Of a stretch of DNA of 64,000 nucleotides, positions 1-12,476 are shown piece by piece. A program made the translations under genes and the position numbers. The notes under the pieces were generated by a model. The model saw nothing but the letters and a program-made list of their open reading frames with translations, was not told where the DNA came from and ran no database searches. Origin of the DNA: Selaginella moellendorffii. Taxonomy: Eukaryota; Plantae; Lycopodiophyta. How positions within the stretch are numbered: position 1 is the stretch's first letter; every line of letters starts with the position of its first letter. The stretch is from positions 2,885,964 through 2,949,963 of the forward strand of contig NW_003314266.1 of assembly GCF_000143415.4 (NCBI RefSeq). The letters are read 5' to 3'.

Positions 1-689
1 TGGCGTAATGGTCCAACAGTAATAATATGTATTGTTGCCTCAAACATTACGTTTCGAATATCTATTGTATTTGGGAAACTATTTAAAGGTAAGGTGAAAC
101 CACCAGTAGGAAAACTATTTCTCATTAAGAATCTTAGTGTACTAAACATATCTGTAAAATAGCTCCTATGTATTCTTCTTCCACCATATTCATAATTAAT
201 TATAGTTGATTGCATATATATAGATTCCCATATTAATACAAATACTATACTCAAAAGAAATAATTTTGCCATTTTAAGTAATACCACATGTCTTGATATT
301 TATAATGTTACATAAGGACAAGCATAACTAAACTCCGAATGGTATAAATACAAATAGCAACATTAAGATTTGCCAGTGTGTTTGACGCGTGGGGACAGAC
401 ACAACAACGAACTTTGATTTGCCTTATTTGGATAACCTAAACTGTTCCTCCCCTCATGAATACAAGACTATATCATACAAAAATATAGGCAGTCCCTGGG
501 TGTCATGCTTCTTAGGGGGTGCCACAGGACCTCATCAGACAAAGCATTTGGAGATTACGCAATCATATATCACAAAAGTAATCAGGAATGTGAAATCTGG
601 ACCAAGTTAGTGAGAAAGTATAAAAATTAATCTTTTTTTATTAATTTTGTCGGTGTGTCCACGACAAACTTTCATCCACAGAAAAAGAT

Positions 690-2100
690 CACCTTGACTG
701 TCTTCAAAGAGCCATGCCGACAAAGGAATTGATTCTCCGCGATATCATGCTCGAGAATAACAGATGAATAATCTCCAATTCTCCCCTGAACGCTCTCATC
801 TAAGAGACTGATAGGATGATTCATCTTTCGACACCTAGAAAGAAAGAAAGATGGATCGTCAAGTAGCTCAGTAAAAGTGTAAACCCGGGCTTCACTCCAT
901 CAAATCCAAATTCCCAGTCATGGAATGGACGAGGCCTCCTCAAACACATCAATGGATCTGCGACCTACGCTTATCCTCTCTCCAATCCTCGCCACCTTGA
1001 TAGTCATAACGTGAAGAACTCTAGGCACACACGCTAATCTCTCTCTCCTCCAAATACTTGAAAAGCTCCACAGCCATCGAGACGGCATCCCGGACCCCAG
1101 CTTCCTCGTTGAGCTGACTCGCCAGGAGAACTCATCCTTGCTAATCACCCAGCGAGGAGAAGCCGATCTTTCAGTGTCCCAGCAGCGGCTCAGGCCATCC
1201 AGAAGTAGATCCAAAGAGAAGTGGCCTTTTGGCTTCTTTGGCTCGCTGATGTTGTCCCAGTCGGCTACCACCAGCACGAAGTTGGCTAGCTCCACAAACG
1301 CTCGCATGTCCGGCTCCAAGAGAGGCAGCTCCAGGAAGCGCATGTAGTGCTGACACACCAAGCTGTCAAAGACTAAAGCATGGAGCTTTTGCGTGGTCGC
1401 GTAGTAGAGGCTTTCTTGCACCACCACGTCGATCATAGATGGAACCATAGTCAACCTTGGCTTTCAGAAGCTCACGTATGAAGAAGCGATTGGAGCGCCA
1501 GTGAAAGCCTCGTAGAACAGCCTCAGAAACACTGCGATCTCAACCTTCTCGAGCAGGAGCTCAGCGTCACTGGATTCATTCTCACTACTGTCATACGGCT
1601 GCGCCAGCAAGAGATGGACCTTGTCAAAGTAGTGATCAAGCTCGCTGGCTGAAATTCTAAGCCGGCTCAACACGAACGTCCAAGGCCCAGGACCACGACT
1701 GCTCACGCCACAACGTTGTCGCCCGTGTTGACGATGAAGCTGGCCGTGTCGAGATAAGTGTACTCGATAGGACCGGATGCCCGAGGAGCAAACAAATGAC
1801 TTGGAAGTGCACAGGAGAAAGGCGAGCTCAAGTTCACTCTCTCCTGGGAACCGGCAACTTTGTCCAGTGGAAACACCTTGTTCTCAAACTGCGAAGAAAA
1901 AGGAGATCTTTTACACACAACTGGCGTGAGAGAAAGGAAATCTCACCTCGAATACCACTGTCAGGAGTTTCAAGAACTGGACATTCTCAGTGATTGAAGA
2001 TGCAGTAATAGACACCTTTAAAGCTCTAGCTGAAAAGGATAAACTCTTGTGCTTTCAGCTTATGTGTGACCTGGTGCCCATGCTGCGATCGAAGTGGACT
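690..2100 (-). CDS. Uncharacterised multi-exon gene or gene relic downstream of strumpellin
   Basis: Consecutive minus-strand ORFs (918-1454, 1464-1706, 1703-1918) with coding-like composition and plausible GT/AG sites. No family recognised and boundaries are approximate. Confidence 0.3.
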
Positions 2101-2134
2101 GTGAACAAACCAGAGATCATGGACGACGACCACT

Positions 2135-5100
2135 CTACCTTGTCCCAAAGCTTTCCAGAACCAAGGGAGGCACACTAGTCTCGAGGACCTCGTGAGACAC
2201 TCGCGCGTACTTCGCGAAGTCTAGTATCCATGCAACAGTGTTCGCAACCTGTGTGAACTTCTTGTGTAAATCTTGCTACTTCAGCTTGAATAGAATGCGA
2301 GCCTACCTCCCACTGCGGTGCTGTTGATGATTCCGAGCTCTTCCCGATGTGCGCTTGTGCAAATTGTGCCAGGTACTGCAACATGAGCCGGTAAGAATCA
2401 AGTAAGAAGTAGTGTGGAGTTCTTGCCTGTATGTACAAGATTGAATGGGAGGGGTGAAACTGATGGAGCAGTGTAGCGAAGCCAGCCACCTGGAAAAATA
2501 AGCAATGGAAGTTCGAGTTTGTTCTTCAAAGTTTTCTAGTCATTACCAGAGGGCAGCAATCCAGCGCGGTCTTTTTGGCTTTGCTCACGAGTGTTCCCAA
2601 GTGCTTGTCAAGCACAAAGCGTGTAAGCTGCGAGCACAAAAAGCCTGAGCATGGAGTAAGCTAAAGGATTCGGACCTGATTGATGGTGATGAGGAACAAG
2701 AAGAGGCTAATGTGAGCAGGGGGTTTCGCTGTGATGTAGGTAGTTTTCATTGGCGAAAACATGCCGCATGCTTGAAGCTGCCTCGCTAGCTCCTTCAAAA
2801 CTCCGTTGCTTTTCCCATTTGTACGCTGCGAAGAAAAGTGTTTGGTGAATGGAAAAGGTGTTAATCGGACGATCACCTCGCTATTAGTTTCCATGGTAGA
2901 AAATAGAGCAGTACCGAGACCTTCCAACGCGAAAGAGACCATGCCCGACTCCAACTGTACCAAAACCATCAGATACAAAAGTAAAAAATAAAAATGCCAG
3001 AGACCTGAGATGCTGCACGTAATTGCGATGAAAGAAGGCATCGAATGAGTTGTAGCTGTCCAATGTGCGCTAATGACTCCACCCATGTTACGCACTCGGT
3101 GCTTGTTGATATCAACGCAATACACTGCAACGCATTCGTAGTCAATGGGAAAAATCAGCCAGCCATCAGTGATAAACATCTGCCAGCCATCTGGTTTACC
3201 TCAGCGTATACAGCTCCATTGGGGGTAACAGAAAGTGGTCTAACCGCACCTTCCAACGCCTGTAAGTGATCTAGCAGCTTGACTTCAATCTGTAAGGCTC
3301 CAAAGGCTCTCTTTTTCCTCTGAAAAATATGGAGCAAACCTCGGAGCGGAAACTAGAGATACACTTCCCGAGCACTCTCGCAGCATGAGAAGAAACGATC
3401 GAATCAATACCAGATACTCCGACAGGTCCGAGACTGTTGCAGGGAGCTATACAGTATATCCGATTGTTTTTGTTTTCTAGAAAAAGTACCTCTCTTGCAA
3501 GGTGATGAAGGTTCTCAAACCCACAAGCTCTTGGCCTTCCGCATTGAACCTGATTACAAGGCACGATCAAGAAGAAGTCACGAACTTTACTTTAAAGCAC
3601 TTGGAAAAGTTACCAGCCGGTCATTGGGGCGAGGTACATAGATTTCGAAGGATTTGTAAGGTTGAGCAGTTTTAGCACAACTCGATCTGAAAGAGAAGGA
3701 GAAGAAAGGTAAACGCACAAACATAGGTGAGAATACTCACTCATAAAATTATCATCATTGACGCTCCCTGAATCAAGTATGGACGTCGGCTGCTTGTGAA
3801 CTTTCGTCAGAAAGTGTTTACATCCCTGTTGAATATTTTAGCTTTCGGTTTAATAATAATAATAATAAAAATACCAGTTCAGTATTATGATTTACTATGT
3901 TTGTATATTCTTCTTGCCAAAGCTTTAGGCCGTGAACGTGAGCGTAATCCTGCAATACTGGTGTTCATAGCAACCAAAAGAGCACTGAGAAAATACCTGG
4001 AAATATTCCATTGACTGGCGTTGCGAGGATAATGAGGCGGATAATGCTTCTAGTTTGTCTTCAAGATCTTCAGTTCGACCTGCAAAATAGCAAGTGATGG
4101 ACAGGCTTTTTCATTTTCTACGAAAAAAACCTGTAGAAAAGACCAATGCTTTTTTCAAAGCCAAGTCGATCTCCTCTGCTAGTTTTCTACGTATTCCTTC
4201 TTCAAGAAGTTGCCTTGGATCCTGCAATGCGGAAAGCCATCGGAAAACAATTTGGATAGACAATCAAAGTGGTTACCAGCTCAATCGCGCCAATGAAAGT
4301 TCTTTTCATTGACATTATTCCCTATAATCAACATATGTTACTAGACAGCGAGAGACCTCAAATGTACCTGCGTAAATACAGCAACTCTTTGAGTTGCCTT
4401 TGCCAACGCGTAACGCTCATCCAGCTGCGACTCTCGTTTATCAGCAAAATGAGAAACAAGAGATCTTAACCTTCGCGTAGTCTTTCAAGGAATCTTTCTC
4501 AAACCGCCCTGGTATCTCGCTTAAGTTCATCATTTGCTCCTTGATTACCCCGTTGAGAATCGTAAACATGCTGGCCTGAGAATATATGTAAAGAGTGGAT
4601 TACGGACATAGCGGTATGCACAAACTTACAGGGACAATTTCCAAAACATTTCGCACGTAGTTTATAAGCTCAGATGAGTAGTATTCTGAGACAGAGTCGA
4701 GGTCCGCACTGCAAAAGCAGTAGTGTTATGTGTAGAGTTAACAAATTCTTTGTAGGTACCTTTGGCTCTGATATAGCCTCAAGAGTGGTATATCCATAAC
4801 AGAGCGCAGCTTGAGAAACAAACACTGTAATTTCGATACAGTGAATGGATCATTTTGGATTTGAGATTGAATAAGAAGAGTAAATTCTCCTATCAAGCCC
4901 CATGAGTAAGAGCAGTCGCTGATCTGTGCGCCAGTTTGATTTCACATAAAGAATTTTTGATAGAAGTTCTTACCACTGATATAGTAGCAAGGGTACTTTC
5001 TTGCACGTTGAGTGTCCTAATCATTTCTTGCAATTGCATTCGCGCCTCTGACAAGTATTGCTTAGTCTGAAGACTTCCTTGTATCTGATCAGAAACAAAC

Positions 5101-7049
5101 GCCCGAGTCAAAGACATAAAAAGAAAAGAAAAAGAAAAAAATCGAGATCAAACGTACTTGATGAAAATGTTCAACTTCTTCAAGCGCCGTAATTATGTGT
5201 TGAATTTTCCTACCTGCAGTTACTGCCTCGGAATAGTCTAAAGAATTAACCTGAGACATTCCATAAGTCCATATACTTATAAAGGTACGATATTGACCTC
5301 AGAACACATTTGAGAGAACCATTGTTGCAAGTTCTCATCTCTGATAGTCCTCGACAGAACCTGTATGTTATACATCACTATGAGAAATTTATGATAATAT
5401 TAAGGCCGTACCTTAACCCCCGAAAAGAACGCAGAGAGGTCATTCATGCATTCAGCGACGATCGTCTTGGATTCAGCCCAACGGGATTCTTTTTTCTTCA
5501 AAAGTTCACCGTAGACATTCTTAAGCTCGAACTCCAGCTAAAAGAACAGTCATTAAAAACAGAAAGTGGACAAAGCGCAAACATACCCGTGAAGTGTCCA
5601 GCAATAAAGTCAGCAAAGCCATATCTTGGTTCGATACCAATTCTCGAAGTTTACGGCTGGTGGTCTGAAATTAAGCATCGCCAGCGTGAACATTTCACAA
5701 GGAAAAAAACGTACGATCTTATGAAGCAGCAGCCATCGTAATGTCGCATTACAGTCCCGGGCACAAGACAGTAGAGTTGAGATATTGTTGAGCACGAAAT
5801 CCTGATTCAGAACTCCTTCCGATAAGAAGGCAGAGAGATCTGACAAGAGTGTCTGGACCTGCCGTCACGACGGTTCTTCAGAAAAATAACCAGCAAAACT
5901 GAAACTTCTCACCTTGGAGATTTGTTCCTGGCTCACAACACGCACAGCAGAAAGCGTAATGCTCGATGAAATTGCGTTCTTTGCCGCTTTGAATCGACTC
6001 CATGCACTGAGAAGGTCCACGGTGAATCCCATAAAGACTGGAAAGTACCCAGTAAACTCTGAAAAACTTGTCCACAATCTCCCGCATCATCACACTATCG
6101 GAGTGAAGAATGGTTGGAGCGAAGTAGAGTAGCACGTAAAGGCTGGCAGCTTGACCAAGAAGAGCTGTAGTTCTGTGATCCGGACTAGGATAGTGCCCGA
6201 CTTGATTGTACAGGTCGTGAGACTTCAGCCTTCCAATTACCGTTTTCACCAGAGAACTCGGCAAAGGAAAGCGTGAAAACGATTCCTCTGGCCTGTGCAG
6301 GTTGAGCATCGTTGCCGGGACTGGTGGCGGGGAACTTTGAAGAAACGCTGTCACAGCCACCACGGGCGAAGATGTTGGCTGAGGATAGTGCCGGCAAAGC
6401 GTAGAAATGGAGTCGAAGTTTGGGACGTCAAACGTGCCTTTACAGCGAAAGTATGAAACCAAAAGGTTCTCTCGGAGTGTTCCATCGAGACGATGTTCAA
6501 GGAGAATGAGCACGACGCCTAGAAGCACCAATGCTTCTACTAGCAGTTGACAACCATCCTCGTTGTGGAGAACGCTTTCGACAGTGCTCTGGATGTAAAC
6601 ACCTTCCTACAAACCGAGCAAAGAACTGCTAGAACTTAGTCTAAAAAAAACTTGATATAGTTACCTGAAGATCTTCCAGATACCGTGTAAGATCGACATA
6701 GTAGTTTACAATGCCATTGAAGAGCTGGAAGAACCGTTCTAACAAGTAAGAATACTTGTCTCGAAACTCGTCGTCCAGGGAAGATAGCTCAGCATTTGAT
6801 TCTATACGCTCCTCGAAAACATCAGGCGACTTGAAGTACCTGCGCATTAATCCACGTTGCATAAATCCAAACTCCAAAGCAAAAAACACACCTGAAATCG
6901 AACAGCAGAGGCGCGAAGATGGATCCGGGCGACTTAAACTCCTCCGGAACACGATCTGAGAGCCGCAAAAGCTCTGCAATAAGCGCCTGTGCTCGGCTTA
7001 CCAGCTGAAGAAGCGCTACACCCACACTCTGCTCGCAGAAATCCAGCAT
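2135..7049 (-). CDS. WASHC5: WASH complex subunit strumpellin (WASHC5/KIAA0196) homologue, multi-exon
   Basis: Exon peptides match strumpellin from end to end: MLDFCEQSVGVALLQLVSRAQALIAELLRLSDRVP; YFKSPDVFEERIESNAELSSLDDEFRDKYSYLLERFFQLF; YPSPDHRTTALLGQAASLYVLLYFAP...MMREIVDKFF; FVLNNISTLLSCARDCNATLRWLLLH; GFATLLHQFHP; final exon VANTVAWILDFAKYARVSHEVLETSVPPLVLESFGTR with TAG at 2135-2137. Confidence 0.9.
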
Positions 7050-7076
7050 AGCTTTAGAACCCTAAATAGTGTCGCG

Positions 7077-8166
7077 TCAATTTTTTTGAAAAAAAAATGC
7101 CAAGCTTGCATCGATTCCACAAAGCCTGGAGCTTGGCGTCTTATTTGACCGAGCCTCATTTGAGCTCATTCCACCTGCATAGAGCATTCTTGATTGTATA
7201 AGAACCAGCAAGCAGTGATCACACTCATTTAAGCTTACCTGTCTTGCCTTCTCGCAATTTACGTTCTTGTTTTGCAAGCTCGCGTTTTGCAACTTGAAGT
7301 CGTCAAGCTCCTTTTCCTTGAAAGACGAGTTTAGCTTCTCCAGAAGAATCGCGAAAAATCCTGAGAAGATTACCTTCAATCTTCAGTTTTTCTGGGCTTT
7401 TCTTCGTTCTCTTTGAGTTTCATTTCATCCCCTTCGAATCTTTGACCACCTTTCGCCAAGTGTCTGTGAAATCAAACAAGCAGTCACGAGTAGTTCATTC
7501 CAATCCAAAGCGAAAAAAAAAAAAAAAAAACGCATGCACCTGCTTGTCCAGCGCGTCCATCATATCTAGAAATCTTTGCCCCTTTCCTTTAGCCTGTATC
7601 ACACCATAAAAATGTGAAACGCACAAGGAAACGGAAATAACATACTTTTGCAAGTGTCTCGCTTCCATTTGACGACATGTTGGCTCTTCTGCCTCCAAGC
7701 ACCTTCTAGAGTAGCAAAAGCATTAAACTGACAGTAAAACACGATCTTTCATAGCTTACCCGAAGCTTGTTGGTACATTGCATAATCTGTATTCGTAGCT
7801 GAAATTCTTCTTGCGGATTGAGAGGTTTTTCACTTTTCACAACCTAGAGATCGAAGTAAAGATCGCGTCACATGTTGGATGGTAGACTTCGTACCTTGTC
7901 AGTCAGCTCATCCAGCTTCTCTTAAATGCTGCACGTTACAACGCAGCTAGTTGTTTGGAGTTCTTTCACCTCCACGGACAGCTTTTGGACTTGGGGCCCT
8001 GCAGCTTTTCTCCCTGCCTCGATTTGAAAAATCGAGCTTTGAAGAATCGAGTTTCGAAGCTGAACAAGGAAAGTTCTTAGTAAGCTCTTCACAGCGAAAG
8101 AAACCTTTCTACCTGTAGTTGCTGGGACTTATCCACAAGCGCAGTCTCGGTATCCGGAAGTTCCAT
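7077..8166 (-). CDS. Uncharacterised small-exon coiled-coil protein
   Basis: Short minus-strand exons with GT/AG boundaries encode charged helical peptides (MELPDTETALVDKSQQLQ; FLDMMDALDKQ; EKLNSSFKEKELDDFKLQNASLQNKN). Boundaries are uncertain. Confidence 0.4.
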
Positions 8167-8566
8167 CTCCGCTCTAAAAAGAAGTTTGCATTCATGATCG
8201 AAACAGCAAAAGAAAGAGAAGAGCGCACCTGGAGTAAGCAAAAATATCCAGTGCGTGAATGGTCCCAAATATCCAATCAGGAGATTATAAAACGCACGAA
8301 CTAATGACAAGCGTCAGTATAGAGATCCTGTAAGATTTAGCTGCTGGAGCGCAATCCTAAAGAGACGATCGATCGCGCTCGATCAATCGCCATACCTTGG
8401 AAATCCCACGAGATACAAGCTGGCTTGACATCAATGACGCCGATCTGCGGCGATGTCCCCAGCATAAACCCTAAGACGAAATTTTGGCGGGAAATATAAT
8501 TTAAACTTGCCCACGTTGGCATGCCACGTGGGTTTATCATCTGGTTGCCCTAAAAACAACAAAAGA

Positions 8567-9109
8567 ATGAGCTCGGCTATGGCTGCCATTCCAGTGACCG
8601 CCCGCGCATTGGGATTGCGGAAGAATGCCTCGTCCACGCCGCGGCAATCGATCACAGGTGATAGATTCCTTAGATTTCCACACATCGATCGCTTCGCGCT
8701 TCCCGCGAGGTCTTCAAGCGACGAGGATCCTCCGGCTCCGCCGCAAGAAGCCTCCCCGGCCGACTCACAGATAGAAGCGCTGGAGGCGCGGCTCAAATCC
8801 AGGCGGCGCAAGCGGAGGAGCGATCCAGCGGCGAGCTCGTCGGCGAGGTCCGATCTTCCGACGCGTGAAATCAAGCCCTGGGATCAAATGTCGCTGGGAG
8901 AGAAGGCGTATGAGGTCTATGTTGGTGAGAAGGGGATTCTCTTCTGGCTCAACAAGCTCGCGTACGCATCCATCTTTGTAATCGCTGGAGGATGGATTGT
9001 TTTTAGATTTGTTGGGCCGGCTTTGGGGTGGTACCAGCTTGACAAGCCGCTCTTACCTCCAGACAAGCTCTTTTCAGGCAGTGGTGACGTGAAACCACCA
9101 TCGACTTAA
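8567..9109 (+). CDS. Probable plastid-targeted small membrane protein of unknown function
   Basis: Single-exon ORF with an S/A/R-rich transit-peptide-like N-terminus and a C-terminal TM segment (GEKGILFWLNKLAYASIFVIAGGWIVFRFVGPALG). Confidence 0.75.
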   Translation: MSSAMAAIPVTARALGLRKNASSTPRQSITGDRFLRFPHIDRFALPARSSSDEDPPAPPQEASPADSQIEALEARLKSRRRKRRSDPAASSSARSDLPTREIKPWDQMSLGEKAYEVYVGEKGILFWLNKLAYASIFVIAGGWIVFRFVGPALGWYQLDKPLLPPDKLFSGSGDVKPPST

Positions 9110-9581
9110 AAAGTGTAAGTGTAAGCTCCTGGGTGGGATTGTCTTTTTTTCTACCTTTTGTCTGCCTCACCACAATTGCGTTGTGTTGCTGCTCGTCTGG
9201 TTTTCCTTTAAATACTTCGTACTATGCAGGCGTTTAGGTGTGATCCCAGAGAGCATCAGTGGCAGCAGCGATGGTTTAATTCGTGATGTTGAGTTTGGTA
9301 TGTCCTGTGCTGGGTACTTCGTTTTTTTTTTTTCCTGAGAAAATTCATTGCTCGCATTCCAGGGATTGAAAACCTCCGAGTAGCAGCCAGAGAGATAGCC
9401 AGTTGAAATCTTATGAGATGAGATAGCATTAGAACAGAGCATCAATCCGGAGCAACAGCTCTAACAAGGTAACTACTTTCTCTTGTTTTTTTTACTCCTT
9501 GTTTCTATAGTTTTTCTTTTGCTTACCATGCACACGCTTTGTTTTGCAGCCGAAAAAAGCCATAGATTTGTGATAACTCAC

Positions 9582-11075
9582 TCAGTTGCACTGGTTAGCA
9601 CCGATTCCGACGCGGTTGCCAGTGCTATCGAACGACATCCGGAACGACTGCTGCTGGATGTTGCCGATGATCGAGAAGTTCTCGCTGTTTGGAGCAAAAG
9701 CCAGGCAGTAAGTCCCCGAGTTGTCCACCGGAACCATGATGTTCTGAGCAGGCAACGCCATGGTAGCACCTCCGTTGAACACAAAGCTCACTGCCGGCAA
9801 CATTATCGACGATCGCCCAGACAGGTCGTAGCAAGTGTCAAACAGAGAGAAGCCGCTCGTCATCTTCGCGTCCGACGGCATACCAGCTCGGAAAGCATCC
9901 CTCATCGGGTTGTAGGCCGAGGTGACGAGCCGGGTGACGGCAGTGCCCGAGTCGAGGATCACACCACCGTTTCCAGTCGACGAATCCAGCGAGAGTGAAC
10001 CCGCCGGGATGTTTACTGAGGTTCCGCCAACTTTGATGCCGACCATCTCAACATAGTAGAAGGTATCCAGCTTCGGGTTCGTGAGCAGGGTGGTGAACTG
10101 AGCATTGGATGCCACTGCCTGGTTGCCGAAGATGAGCGGCACACTTCCGGTGGACTCTCTAGTCGGCAGGCAGTACGAGAAAACACTGCCGTAGAGCTGG
10201 CCGACCTGTGACGGAAACGAGAGAAGTCCCTTGCCGAGTCCGAGAAGTCCAGCAGCGCCAGTGAAGAGGCCTTGATTGTTGTGGCCGCAGCCGATGGCAA
10301 CCGAGTTGACAGCGTTGGAACCGAAGGAAAGAGTCTCGGTGGAGAACTCACCGACAGTGAAGGAGCCATCGCCGTAAGAGACCTGGTACAGGCACTGGTT
10401 CCTCCGGCAGCCGCGGATCAAGAGCTGCTGGCACAGCGAGCTCCCGCAGGTGATGGACTGGAAAGTCGAGGAGAAGGAAGGATTGAACAGAGGGTCCGTC
10501 TGGCCGTAGCAGCTCTGGCAAGGCAGGCATTGGAGCCAGAGAACATCGCTTCCGGTGTCGGCAACCATGTTGACGGTTCGCGGAGGTGTTCCGACTCCGA
10601 GAGAGACGAAGTACTCGCCACTGCCGTCGGAGAGGCCGGATCGCAGCGGCGTCTCGAAGTCCTGCTGCAAGAAGGGGTTGGTGTTCTTGAGGGGATTCGT
10701 GAGGCTCGACTTTGGGATCCCGGCGACTCCGAGGCTGATCCGGGAGGAGATGGACAGGAGGCGGAGCTCGTCACGGTGGAGACGATTGCGGACGAGGCCG
10801 TGTACGGTGGCGTTGGCCGGGCGGTACGGTGAATCTGCCGAATCTCTGTGCATGAGACCGATTTGGAGACCACTGCTGACAGACTCTTCTTTTTCCTCCA
10901 GGCCTTGGGTGGAGGAGGAGGAGGAGCCGCGAGCTGGAGTCACGGGAGTGGGATTTCTTCCGAGGAAGAGAGCGTCGATGCTGATCTTGAGGTACTCTTT
11001 GTCGCTGCTGCTAGCTCTGGATTCCACCGAAGTGACCACCAGGCTGAGAATGCAGACGAGCGCAGCTAGAGCCAT
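9582..11075 (-). CDS. Secreted A1 aspartic protease, nepenthesin/ASPG-like (TAXi_N/TAXi_C)
   Basis: 497-aa intronless ORF with a signal peptide, GSGEYFVSLGVGTP, catalytic DTGS and DSGT motifs, and C-terminal IIGNIQQQ. Confidence 0.95.
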   Translation of the reverse strand: MALAALVCILSLVVTSVESRASSSDKEYLKISIDALFLGRNPTPVTPARGSSSSSTQGLEEKEESVSSGLQIGLMHRDSADSPYRPANATVHGLVRNRLHRDELRLLSISSRISLGVAGIPKSSLTNPLKNTNPFLQQDFETPLRSGLSDGSGEYFVSLGVGTPPRTVNMVADTGSDVLWLQCLPCQSCYGQTDPLFNPSFSSTFQSITCGSSLCQQLLIRGCRRNQCLYQVSYGDGSFTVGEFSTETLSFGSNAVNSVAIGCGHNNQGLFTGAAGLLGLGKGLLSFPSQVGQLYGSVFSYCLPTRESTGSVPLIFGNQAVASNAQFTTLLTNPKLDTFYYVEMVGIKVGGTSVNIPAGSLSLDSSTGNGGVILDSGTAVTRLVTSAYNPMRDAFRAGMPSDAKMTSGFSLFDTCYDLSGRSSIMLPAVSFVFNGGATMALPAQNIMVPVDNSGTYCLAFAPNSENFSIIGNIQQQSFRMSFDSTGNRVGIGANQCN

Positions 11076-12202
11076 CGTCGCCCCTGCGAGGCAAAGATCG
11101 ATCGATCAAAGAAAGACGAAGAAGAGCAAGAAGCAATGCCAGGCACGACGACCCAATCAAGAATCCGAGGCATTTGGCACCGACTTACCGGCTAGAGGAA
11201 GCTCCGCGACACGATGAAGCTGCCCAAGTCCTCCAAATCTCTCGCCGAGCTCACGGTGCCGCGAGCATTCCCCGGGAATTCGAGAAGAACGCGACCAGAA
11301 AAGCGAGCCAAGGCCAAAGAAAAGGAAATTCCTGACAAAAACTCTGGAGCACGGGCAAGGAGGTGGAAGGAAAACACAAGGATCGATCGGTCGAGAGATG
11401 GGCTATAACTCTCGCGAGAGTAAAAAAAAGAGCTCCTCCCTCTCAGAGATGGAGGAGATGGTGAAAGAAAGAAGCAAAGCAAGCTCGTGATACCTGTGAG
11501 CAAAGAGGCCACATTTATACCATATGGAACAAAAGAGAGAGGGAAAAGTGGGAGCACAGCAAAGTAGCCAGCAGCAGCAGGAACAAGGCAGGCGGGCGGA
11601 TTATTATAGTCAAATAAACTCGATAATTAAGACGCAAAGCTAATCTGCAAAGAAAAAAAAAAACAGAGGAAAACACGACTCTAGATGCTCTCTAAAGTTG
11701 AAAAGCGTTTGAGAAGTTAAACTCACTGTTCTTCGTCCCCAATTTGGATCACTTTCTTTACCACTGTGCATGGTAGAAAAGGTGGGATTTTTACATGCAG
11801 CCAACCCGCTTCTCACCTGCCTATAATTAAGAAGCACAACGAAGAAGAAGAACACGTCCAGTTTTAACCGATATATTAAATGATCGATGATCGATCTCTC
11901 CCCCTGTTTGGTAAGGTAGCTAAGGTTTTTCTTTTAATTCTCAGTGGCGCCCATGATTCGATCCAATCGAGAGCTAAACTTGGAACGCGGCTCGAGAGAC
12001 TCGCATCGCCAACCAAAGCTTTTTTTGGGCGGGCCAAAGTTTTCCAAGCTTCTTGGAAGGATCAAACAAGAGGGGATTTTCTTACTGCTCTTCCGTGAAT
12101 TTAGTTTGAAGCGTCACAGGAGATGTGTGATTCTTGTTAGTTGGAGTAGCGATCTTGCTATTTAGATCCGAGGATTCGTAAGTTTGGTGTTGGATCTTAA
12201 AC

Positions 12203-12287
12203 AAATGCGCCGCGTACGGCATTAGAATCAGAACAATGCGCCGCGTACGGCAGTAGACCCAAGTAAATGCCCGCGTACGGCATTAGA
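12203..12287. repeat. Three tandem ~31-bp imperfect palindromic units (core aatgc(g)ccgcgtacggcaNtaga) upstream of AGT2
   Basis: Copies begin at about 12203, 12235 and 12265 and each contains CGTACG. Confidence 0.85.
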
Positions 12288-12476
12288 CCTGGTTACGGTG
12301 TCAAAAGACAAGTGAATAAATGAAGGTGACAGGCCGTACGAGCATTTGTCTTCCATGTTCTTTCGCCAAACTCTCGTACGTAGCGATCCAATGGATATTC
12401 TCCCCGTCCACGTCAGCGCACGATATACTAATGAGCAAAGTTTTTGCTCTGGCCTAGGGCTTTGGCTGGAGCTGCG

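Noticed and set aside
10272-11217. Long plus-strand and alternative-frame ORFs over the aspartic protease (similar shadows over PPR, ICS, NYN and BAHD genes)
   Set aside because: Expected stop-poor shadow frames of high-GC3 coding sequence.
12203-12287. CRISPR-like appearance of short palindromic repeats
   Set aside because: Eukaryotic context, spacers of only ~8 bp, and no cas genes.
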